Source: a bacterium
GTDB taxonomy: Bacteria > Patescibacteriota > Microgenomatia > UBA8517
Reading direction: 5' to 3'
Assembly (NCBI GenBank): GCA_030583725.1
Contig: CP129472.1
Span: 142,958-206,957 of the forward strand
Length of the DNA: 64,000 nucleotides
Shown in pieces: positions 46,102-53,301 of this stretch (position 1 is the stretch's first letter; every line of letters starts with the position of its first letter). The notes under the pieces are model-generated. The model made no database searches. It was not told where the DNA came from and saw nothing but the letters and a program-made list of their open reading frames with translations. The position numbers were made by a program, and so were the translations under genes.

Positions 46102-47125
46102 TTACAAGCAATGTAGATAATAAATTTTCTAGCCTTATGAAAAAGGTGTAAGGTGCAAGCAATGTATCCTCACCACCTCCACCACCACGGCTATTCGACC
46201 AGCTAACCCCAGTCAAAAAGTCACTCAGCAGGATTGAATCCCATTGCACAAATAATCTATCTTCGCGATTGTTAACTTGTCTTACATTATAAATTATAGG
46301 TATATTAATTTTATTTAGTAAATATAAATACCAAAGTATTCTTCTAGAATCCCAACCATATTGCCAACTTTGTAAATTAGTAGTGCCGTTTGATATCGGA
46401 GTTTTTTCTTTAATTTCTACAAGAAAAAGATTACTGTTTATAAAAACAAAACCGTCTAAATCTATTATTTGCCTGCCTTGTGCCTTTCGCATTACGACAT
46501 CTAAAAAATATCTCGTGGCATATATCTTTTGTAATATTTTAATATCATAGTTATTGAAATAATCAAATTGTTCTCTTTTTCTTAATGGGAATTTACGTAC
46601 TTTTTGTGTAGAAATAGAAAAACTGTTTAGGATAAAGTCAAAATTACCATTTTGGATAACATTGAATTTCCCACTCACCGCATTAAATAAATAAAAAGTA
46701 AATTTAGGCTTCAGTATATGATCTTGCGATCTTTCGGGTCGCTTACTTTTTTTTGTTTCAAATTGTTCAGTTTCCCAATCGTTTAAATTAATTTTTATAT
46801 ATAATAACTGTTTAATTTCCTCCCATGTAGACATTTTTTTATAAATATTGACGTAGTCAATTTCGTTGTCACTAGAGATTGTTGTGTAAATAAATGAGTT
46901 TTTGTCACGACTGTCACCCGATAACTTTTTTGATATAAGTTGTCCTCCTTCGAGAAACTTTGTATCAGATCTTGATTGCATAAGATTCTCAAATTCTACT
47001 TCAGCTTTAAAACCTAATACTCTTCGCTTAAAATAATCGTTGTTTGTAACCCTACTATCACTAACAGAGCTTGTCGATGAACACATTACTTTATACAAAC
47101 TTTCTATTATTTGGTTTTTAGTCAT
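46085..47125 (-). CDS. candidate type II restriction endonuclease (PD-(D/E)xK) of the M-C-R cassette
   Basis: 346 aa; 'IIDLDGFVFINSNLFLVEIKEK' = D-x(n)-E-x-K in correct spacing; sits 6 nt after the C-protein gene. Confidence 0.45.
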   Translation of the reverse strand: MTKNQIIESLYKVMCSSTSSVSDSRVTNNDYFKRRVLGFKAEVEFENLMQSRSDTKFLEGGQLISKKLSGDSRDKNSFIYTTISSDNEIDYVNIYKKMSTWEEIKQLLYIKINLNDWETEQFETKKSKRPERSQDHILKPKFTFYLFNAVSGKFNVIQNGNFDFILNSFSISTQKVRKFPLRKREQFDYFNNYDIKILQKIYATRYFLDVVMRKAQGRQIIDLDGFVFINSNLFLVEIKEKTPISNGTTNLQSWQYGWDSRRILWYLYLLNKINIPIIYNVRQVNNREDRLFVQWDSILLSDFLTGVSWSNSRGGGGGEDTLLAPYTFFIRLENLLSTLLVIDKDG

Positions 47126-47131
47126 ACAATT

Positions 47132-47356
47132 TTATAAAAAATGAGTAACCTTTGTTTTATATATTTTAGAGATTTGTTCAAGTTCAGTAATATCCAACCT
47201 ACGTTCACCTAATTCTATCTTGGAGATATAAGATTGAGGTTTACCTAATTTACTGGCAACATGTAATTGTGTCAAACCCAAACTAATTCTTAATTTTTTG
47301 AGTTTTTGTATAACCAACTTATATTTTTTTGTGTATATTAGATTAGACATGAACAA
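47132..47356 (-). CDS. HTH XRE-family controller (C) protein of restriction-modification system
   Basis: 74 aa; 'LRISLGLTQLHVASKLGKPQSYISKIELGERR' HTH_3; position between M and R genes. Confidence 0.7.
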   Translation of the reverse strand: MFMSNLIYTKKYKLVIQKLKKLRISLGLTQLHVASKLGKPQSYISKIELGERRLDITELEQISKIYKTKVTHFL

Positions 47357-47362
47357 ATAATA

Positions 47363-47394
47363 TATCCTTAATTAGGATAACCCAAAATAGGATA
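47363..47394 (-). promoter_or_regulatory. candidate C-box-like operator upstream of the C gene
   Basis: Near-palindrome TATCCTTAATTAGGATA (47363-79) plus a second direct TAGGATA half-site 15 bp away (47388-94), in the 38-bp gap between the MTase stop and C start. Confidence 0.25.
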
Positions 47395-48378
47395 TTATTT
47401 ATTGAAGAATTTTATGATATTTTTAGCAAGCGCTTTAATTACAGGTACTGCAACGCTATTGCCAAACTGTTTGTAAGCCTGCATGTCACTTACAGGGATA
47501 ATATAACTTTCTGGATAGCCTTGCAAGCGTGCGGCTTCTCTCGGTGTTATTTTCCTTGGATTTTTTCCTTTTTGTTCAATCAATATTTCTGAACCGTCCT
47601 TGTAATACCTTGCTGAAATTGTGCTTGTGTATTCAGATTCCTCATTAAACAATGAATATCCAAAACCATTTCCTTTTTCTCTGTGTTCTTTCTTTCTTCT
47701 TTGGTGACCAGCCCATAATTTATCGGAAATAGTATGTTTTGGATCAATTTCCTTATCTAAGATATTACCAAGTCTTGTTTTAGTTTTGGGCTCAATAGGA
47801 AATTTAAAATCTACATCCTCTTTAAATCCGATTATGTAGATTCTTGCTCTATTTTGAGGCAAACCAAAATCTTTTGCATTTAACACCTGATGAAAAACTT
47901 TATACCCCAGTTTTTCAAGGGTCCCTACAATAACTTTCAAAGTATTACCTTTGTCGTGCGTTCCCAAATTTCTTACGTTCTCAAGAAAAACAACCTTTGG
48001 TTTGTGATGTTCCACAATTCTAGCAATATCAAAAAAGAGTGTTCCTCTGATGTCTCCAAACCCTTTCTTTAAACCTGCCTGAGAAAATGGCTGGCAAGGA
48101 AAACCTGCGAGCAAAACATCAAACGGTGGTATTTCTTCTGCTTTAATTTTGGTTATATCACCATATGGGACTTCCCCAAAATTAGCACTATAAGTTTTTT
48201 GTGCATGACTATCCCATTCAGAGGAAAAAACACATTCACCATCAACACTTTCAAATCCTAATCTAATTCCACCAATACCTGCAAATAAGTCTATAAATTT
48301 AAATTTTCCTTTTTTCTCTTTTTTAGATGGATTACTAAACAAATCAGTTAAAATTATTGGTTGCTTAACGTTAGCCAT
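47395..48378 (-). CDS. DNA (cytosine-5)-methyltransferase
   Basis: 327 aa; motif I 'FIDLFAGIGGIRLGF', motif IV 'GFPCQPFSQAG', motif VI 'ENVRNL', C-terminal motif X. Confidence 0.9.
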   Translation of the reverse strand: MANVKQPIILTDLFSNPSKKEKKGKFKFIDLFAGIGGIRLGFESVDGECVFSSEWDSHAQKTYSANFGEVPYGDITKIKAEEIPPFDVLLAGFPCQPFSQAGLKKGFGDIRGTLFFDIARIVEHHKPKVVFLENVRNLGTHDKGNTLKVIVGTLEKLGYKVFHQVLNAKDFGLPQNRARIYIIGFKEDVDFKFPIEPKTKTRLGNILDKEIDPKHTISDKLWAGHQRRKKEHREKGNGFGYSLFNEESEYTSTISARYYKDGSEILIEQKGKNPRKITPREAARLQGYPESYIIPVSDMQAYKQFGNSVAVPVIKALAKNIIKFFNK

Positions 48379-48483
48379 TCACTAATTCTAGCATTTTTGA
48401 CGTCAAAATAGTTAGGAATTACTACGGTTTTTATTCACTCCCCTACTCTTGCGAAATGTTTTTTTAAGGTATATAGTTATTAT

Positions 48484-49404
48484 ATGGATGATTTGCTGGA
48501 AGATGCAGTAAATGTTTGTATTCAATATGACAGAGCTTCTGCTTCACTTCTGCAAAGAAGATTATCAATAGGTTACGCCAGAGCTGCTAGAATTATTGAC
48601 CAACTAGAGTCTGCTGGTGTACTTGGTATGTCTGATGGTAGCAGTAAACCTCGGGAAGTTTTAATTAAATCATATAAAGAATTTAAAACAAAAGATGATC
48701 ATGGGTTAGTTGCTGAAAAGAAAGATGAGTTTAAAGAAACTTCTAAGGAGTATACTCCAATTGTTGCAGATTTTTTAACTGATGATATTAAAAAATTATT
48801 AAAACCTACTGACTTACCATATATAAAAAATGACCTTACCCGAATTGGTAATTTAATTGTCACAGGGAACGTGATTAGTAAAAAGTATGAATATATAAAA
48901 ACTTATTTACTGTTTTTACTTTCAAAGTTTAATTTGTCTGATGTTAGAGTAATAATTGATGACGGGACTGGAAAACTTAAAAAGTTTGGCAGTATCCCAC
49001 ACCTTTTAACTTCCATTATTGATAAATCTGAAGAATCTCTTTCATCACTTCGCTGGCTAAGTCGAGAAATGGATAGAAGAATTGAAATAATTAATAAAGA
49101 TGATAAAACCACTTTTCCTGAGATTATTTACATAGGAAATATATTCAGTTTCTATAACAGTGATATTGAATATGCAATCAAAAGAATTTCTTCAATGGGT
49201 GCATATGCAAAAATTCATTTAATTTTGCTTGGTGATAGACTTGGTGACTTTCCAAAACAAATCAAAGACAATATCCCCGCAAGACTTGAGTTTAGTAAAT
49301 TTGGAGAAGCTGAAGCAGTATTTAGTTTTAAGGAAAAAATAAAAATTAGAATAACTGAATTAGACAAAGTGAAAGTTATAGATTATTTAGCAAATCTTAG
49401 CTAA
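48484..49404 (+). CDS. FtsK/SpoIIIE-family protein with N-terminal gamma (wHTH) domain and degenerate beta (RecA-like) domain - predicted pseudo-ATPase
   Basis: aa 1-60 match FtsK-gamma (DDLLEDAVNVCIQYDRASASLLQRRLSIGYARAARIIDQLESAGV...PREVL); downstream region aligns to FtsK beta (SDVRVIIDD...IPHLLTSII...LRWLSREMDRRIEII; KIHLILLGDRLGDFPKQIKDNIPARLEF) but Walker A is GNVISKKY and Walker B is IGNIF. Confidence 0.6.
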   Translation: MDDLLEDAVNVCIQYDRASASLLQRRLSIGYARAARIIDQLESAGVLGMSDGSSKPREVLIKSYKEFKTKDDHGLVAEKKDEFKETSKEYTPIVADFLTDDIKKLLKPTDLPYIKNDLTRIGNLIVTGNVISKKYEYIKTYLLFLLSKFNLSDVRVIIDDGTGKLKKFGSIPHLLTSIIDKSEESLSSLRWLSREMDRRIEIINKDDKTTFPEIIYIGNIFSFYNSDIEYAIKRISSMGAYAKIHLILLGDRLGDFPKQIKDNIPARLEFSKFGEAEAVFSFKEKIKIRITELDKVKVIDYLANLS

Positions 49405-49420
49405 TTTAGCCTCAAAACTA

Positions 49421-49449
49421 TTGACAAGCGCTTGCTATGGTGGTAATAT
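49421..49449 (+). promoter_or_regulatory. consensus sigma70-type promoter TTGACA-N17-TAATAT
   Basis: -35 TTGACA 49421-26, 17-nt spacer, -10 TAATAT 49444-49; predicted TSS ~49456. Confidence 0.5.
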
Positions 49450-49455
49450 TCTATT

Positions 49456-49586
49456 GAAGCGTACACTAATAACTTAAGTAGTGCCTTAATGTTCCCTCGG
49501 AATATCCGGGACGTTAAAGTTAAGGGTAAACATTATTTAAGACGTCGCTTCACCAATTTACTCAATCTTCGGATTGAGTTTTTTGA
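49456..49586 (+). ncRNA. candidate ~130-nt small RNA (unknown family)
   Basis: Bounded by the promoter above and the terminator below; 5' GAAGCG (49456-61) pairs with CGCUUC (49546-51) as closing helix; internal CCUUAA/UUAAGG and CUCGG/CCGGG hairpins. Confidence 0.4.
49560..49585 (+). terminator. rho-independent terminator
   Basis: CUCAAUC-UUCG-GAUUGAG followed by UUUUUU. Confidence 0.55.
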
Positions 49587-49647
49587 TTTTCAGAACTGTA
49601 ATTTTTATTTAAAAGATTAAATAGTGTATAATTATTTTTAAAGTATT

Positions 49648-49962
49648 ATGAAATTTTCAATTAGACTTCTATATTTATATCTTTTTTCTTTCATTGGGCT
49701 GTTAATTGCTGTGATTGGATCAGTTCAACTTGTTGATTTAGGACTAAAAATATATCTTTTCCAAGATGCTGACAAATATGAATATGCAAGACCTGTAAAG
49801 TTAGAAGGTATGGAAGAAGTAAACTATGAGGAAGAACAAAAAATGGCAGATAGGGAAAACACCAGACAAAGGCAAAGACAAGCTTCAAACGCCATTGCTA
49901 TGATTTTAGTTGGTTTCCCTCTATATAAATATCACTGGAAGCTACTTCAGAAAGAAAAATAA
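49648..49962 (+). CDS. small two-TM membrane protein
   Basis: 104 aa; TM1 'LLYLYLFSFIGLLIAVIGSV', charged loop, TM2 'AIAMILVGFPLY'. Confidence 0.4.
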   Translation: MKFSIRLLYLYLFSFIGLLIAVIGSVQLVDLGLKIYLFQDADKYEYARPVKLEGMEEVNYEEEQKMADRENTRQRQRQASNAIAMILVGFPLYKYHWKLLQKEK

Positions 49963-49964
49963 AT

Positions 49965-50141
49965 TTAATTTTTCTCTAATTGTTTTTTAAGAAGTTTGTA
50001 TACGTTTTTCTTTGTTTCTTCAACTGTCATACCCCACTCTCTGGCCATTTCTTCAAAAGAAGCATCAGTTAAAGATGCACCTTTTACATCGGGCTTACCC
50101 ATATTGTCATCTGGAATATCGCATCCGCAATTGAAACACAT
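49965..50141 (-). CDS. 58-aa Cys-rich small protein (below the ORF-track size cutoff)
   Basis: Hand translation: MCFNCGCDIPDDNMGKPDVKGASLTDASFEEMAREWGMTVEETKKNVYKLLKKQLEKN; fills the 195-nt gap between two annotated genes. Confidence 0.3.
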   Translation of the reverse strand: MCFNCGCDIPDDNMGKPDVKGASLTDASFEEMAREWGMTVEETKKNVYKLLKKQLEKN

Positions 50142-50157
50142 ATGATATTATCATACT

Positions 50158-50883
50158 ATGCAGTTTAAACTTGTCAAGAAGTTGGACGAGGCAAAAGGTA
50201 CAAAGACTTTTGTTTTTAGACCCAATGAAAAAATTAATTTTGAAGCAGGGCAATATATATACATTACCCTTCCCAAATTAAACTATCCAGATGCAAGGGG
50301 AGAAACACGCCACTTTACAATCTCAAACTCCCCAACTGAAGGAGATGATATAAAAGTTACTACCAGAATGAGGGAGGAATCAGGATATAAAAAAACCTTG
50401 GATGAACTTTCCGTTGGCACAGTTGTAGAGGGACGTGGCCCACAAGGTTTTTTTGTTTTACCTACCAACAATCCAGATAAACTAAGCCGTCCACCGCTAC
50501 CCCAAATCAATTTGTTCATTGCTGGTGGAATAGGTATTACTCCATTTAGATCAATGATTAAATATGCTATCGATAGTGGCCTAAGCACACCAATATATTT
50601 AATCTATTCAAACTCAGACAGTGATTTTGTTTTTAAAAAAGAATTAGACACATGGCAAAAAGAATACAGCAACCTAAAAATTGAGTACATAGACACATCT
50701 GTTGATGGTAGGATTGATGAAATTAAATTAAAAAAACTTATTAATCAGTGGAATTTAGTTATAGTCAATTTTACTGCTTGGGTTGTTGGTCCCAATCCAT
50801 TTGTTGATGCAGTGGAAGAATTACTTGTAAACTTAAACATCTCAGAAGATAACATTAAGTCAGAAAAATTCACTGGATATTAA
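50158..50883 (+). CDS. FAD/NAD(P)-binding oxidoreductase of the ferredoxin-NADP reductase family
   Basis: FAD motif 'RHFTISNSP' (R-x-Y/F-S/T), NAD motif 'LFIAGGIGITPFRSMI'. Confidence 0.75.
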   Translation: MQFKLVKKLDEAKGTKTFVFRPNEKINFEAGQYIYITLPKLNYPDARGETRHFTISNSPTEGDDIKVTTRMREESGYKKTLDELSVGTVVEGRGPQGFFVLPTNNPDKLSRPPLPQINLFIAGGIGITPFRSMIKYAIDSGLSTPIYLIYSNSDSDFVFKKELDTWQKEYSNLKIEYIDTSVDGRIDEIKLKKLINQWNLVIVNFTAWVVGPNPFVDAVEELLVNLNISEDNIKSEKFTGY

Positions 50884-50907
50884 AAAAATGTATCCTAATA
50901 CAAGCAA

Positions 50908-51228
50908 CTAGTCATCATATTTTCCGTTAATTATATCCACCAATCTTTCTCTATCAATCCTGCCCTTGTTATCTATACAAACATCGTCTATTTGAATTAT
51001 TTGAGAAAGGGTGAAGCCATCCCTTAGTAAATCGCCCAAAGCTTTTAAAAATCTATTTTTCATTCCAATTTTGGAGTCACCGCACCTTGTCTCAAACCTC
51101 TCCTTAACTTCTTCAGGCAAAACTTCAAAAACACTATTCGAATCCGACAGAGTCGGATGAATGGCTTCATTTATTCTTCTAGGGGACACATTAACCCTTA
51201 TTTCAAGCAAGCGATCTCTTAAACTCAT
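50908..51228 (-). CDS. hypothetical protein
   Basis: 106 aa, last gene of a three-gene minus-strand unit with the Cas4-like nuclease. Confidence 0.3.
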   Translation of the reverse strand: MSLRDRLLEIRVNVSPRRINEAIHPTLSDSNSVFEVLPEEVKERFETRCGDSKIGMKNRFLKALGDLLRDGFTLSQIIQIDDVCIDNKGRIDRERLVDIINGKYDD

Positions 51229-51288
51229 ATCAATTGCTATATATTCTTTGGAGCAGTACTGTATTCTAAAGTAAACTTATATCTATTT

Positions 51289-52113
51289 CTAGAGTATATA
51301 AATATCTTGCCTTGTATCTGACTCACCAACCTTTTCACCCTCACCACGAAGTATCCTTTCAAGAGGTCTGCATTTGATACATCCTTTGTGGGGACAAACA
51401 AAATGGTTAAGTTGTCTTGCTAGTTTTATTCTTCTACCAATTGTTAATATTTTTTCTTTTGATTCTTCATAGTTAGGGAGTTCTTTTTCTGTTAGTTCCT
51501 TGCTTTTGTCCAAATACCAGTATGAAGCCTTAGATACCGGTCTTGATTGTGTATTTGTTGCAAGTAACAAATAAATAGGAAGCTGTAGCGACTCACTGTC
51601 TTCTTCATTTTTTCCTGTCTTAAAATCAATAATATGCACTGAATCTCTTTTTTCTATATATTCCAACCAATCAATTTTTCCGCAAAGAATTATGTCATCC
51701 TCCTCAGACAAATAATAATTAGGTATAAAATCAGACTGGATTTTTACAGCTTTATTTAAAAGCGGTCCTGGATTGTCTTCAACCATTTTAAGCATCTTTA
51801 AACCTCTCTCCTTAAAACCCTCCTCTTCATCAACTGATTTAAACCCTCCCACTTTTCCTGTCACTTTTTTCCAAGCAACCTCAAATTTTTTTGAAAGAGG
51901 TATTTTGAACCTTTCACCAACAGGTAATACTGATAATGACTCAACCACATCATGAACCACTTGACCCAATGAAAGTGCAGGTGAGGTAACAGTTATTTTA
52001 TTTCCAGTATTTGGGTCTTTATATACATTTCTCAAGTAGTATGCCCTGGGACAAGATAAAAAGTCAGATATTGAAGAATGACTAACCCAGACCGCCTTAT
52101 ATTTGTCTTTCAT
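51289..52113 (-). CDS. stand-alone Cas4-like PD-(D/E)xK nuclease with C-terminal Fe-S Cys cluster
   Basis: N-terminal 'SISDFLSCPRAYYL', 'ILCGKIDWLE...VHIIDFKTGK' (D / D-x-K), 'LQLPIYLLL' (Q-x3-Y), 'FVCPHKGCIKC' (C-x4-C-x2-C). Confidence 0.7.
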   Translation of the reverse strand: MKDKYKAVWVSHSSISDFLSCPRAYYLRNVYKDPNTGNKITVTSPALSLGQVVHDVVESLSVLPVGERFKIPLSKKFEVAWKKVTGKVGGFKSVDEEEGFKERGLKMLKMVEDNPGPLLNKAVKIQSDFIPNYYLSEEDDIILCGKIDWLEYIEKRDSVHIIDFKTGKNEEDSESLQLPIYLLLATNTQSRPVSKASYWYLDKSKELTEKELPNYEESKEKILTIGRRIKLARQLNHFVCPHKGCIKCRPLERILRGEGEKVGESDTRQDIYIL

Positions 52114-52117
52114 TGAG

Positions 52118-52525
52118 TCATTTTACACTATTTCCGAATTTCTTTTTTCTGCTTTCTAAATTTTTCTTTAATGCCCTTGTCAACTGATTTTTTTGACTTC
52201 GGTTGAGTATCTTTCGCACATCTTCCTCAGATAATGGTTGACCTGGAACTCCCGAGACAAATACAACTGAATTATCCTCTAGAACAAGAGCGCTGACTCT
52301 AGGTGAAACCGACTTATATATGTTACCAACTTCAACAGGTACAGACTCACCATTTATTTGGTAGGTTTGAGAAACCAATGGTTCTGGATCTATGTCACCA
52401 TAGCCAACAACACTACCTTTCTTGTTATACTTTCTCAAGAGCTCGGTCAACGCTTCCTCGTTTTTTATTTGAGCTTGGATTCTAGCTTTATTCTTTCCCA
52501 AAATCTGTGTTCTTTCTTTTGACAT
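52118..52525 (-). CDS. hypothetical protein
   Basis: 135 aa, immediately upstream of and co-directional with the Cas4-like nuclease (4-nt gap). Confidence 0.35.
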   Translation of the reverse strand: MSKERTQILGKNKARIQAQIKNEEALTELLRKYNKKGSVVGYGDIDPEPLVSQTYQINGESVPVEVGNIYKSVSPRVSALVLEDNSVVFVSGVPGQPLSEEDVRKILNRSQKNQLTRALKKNLESRKKKFGNSVK

Positions 52526-52587
52526 ACTTAAATTATACCAGTTGCAGTCAAAATAATGACTTTTGTAGTATACTAGTCTTACCTAAT

Positions 52588-53301
52588 ATGAAAAGATATT
52601 CTAGGCTTGCTAACGTAGAAGAAAAGAAAAATATAAAAAAGGCTTACTTATATGTAGTTTTGTCTATAATTGCTTTAGTTTTACTTGTCTTTCTAGGAAT
52701 TCCTACTCTAGTACGTTTTGCTGGCTTTGTTGGAGAAATTACAAAATCTGGTAAACCTGTGGAAATAGTGGATACTACCCCACCTGCACCACCCCAATTT
52801 GATGAGATACCAGAGTTTACCAATAGTAGCTCACTTAAGATTACAGGTAAGTCTGAAAGTGGAGCCACAATACTAATTAGGGCAAACAACAGTACAGTAG
52901 AAGTAGTTGCAAATAGTGATGGAGAATTTAACTATACTTTTCAACTTAAAAAGGGAGAAAACACACTAGATGCCAAAGCTCGTGACTTGGCCAATAATGA
53001 AAGTACTCAGACAAACACATATAGGATTATTTTTGACAGTGAAGTTCCTGAAATAGTAATTGAATCTCCTGCTGATGGAGCAAGTTTCTATGGTAGTGGT
53101 CAAAGGCAACTGTCAGTTAAGGGAACTGTCAGTGAAAAGGTAAATTTAACCATAAATGAAAGATTAGTAACTGTAAGAGACGATGGAACCTTTAATTTTG
53201 CAACTACACTTACAGAGGGAGAAAACAAGTTTGAAGTCAAAGCTGTTGATATGTCTGGAAATGAGTCTTCAACTTCCTTTACCGTTAATTTTGCTTCCTA
53301 A
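52588..53301 (+). CDS. membrane-anchored surface protein with tandem Ig-like beta-sandwich repeats
   Basis: Start at ATG 52588 (MKRYSRLANVEEKK; track start 52507 is GTG), TM 'AYLYVVLSIIALVLLVFLGIP', repeated 'G..T(L/N)..A/KA.D.(A/S)(N/G)NES' units. Confidence 0.45.
   Translation: MKRYSRLANVEEKKNIKKAYLYVVLSIIALVLLVFLGIPTLVRFAGFVGEITKSGKPVEIVDTTPPAPPQFDEIPEFTNSSSLKITGKSESGATILIRANNSTVEVVANSDGEFNYTFQLKKGENTLDAKARDLANNESTQTNTYRIIFDSEVPEIVIESPADGASFYGSGQRQLSVKGTVSEKVNLTINERLVTVRDDGTFNFATTLTEGENKFEVKAVDMSGNESSTSFTVNFAS

Noticed and set aside
49489-49620. 43-codon frame (MFPRNIRDVKVKGKHYLRRRF...) inside the sRNA candidate
   Set aside because: No Shine-Dalgarno. It reads straight through the terminator hairpin and U-tract, so it is more likely a non-coding feature.
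43326-49650. Integrative element bounded by tRNA-Thr and a direct repeat of its 3' end
   Set aside because: Only a 7-nt CCCTCGG match to the tRNA 3' end was found downstream (inside the sRNA candidate). There is no integrase/recombinase gene, so integration cannot be supported.
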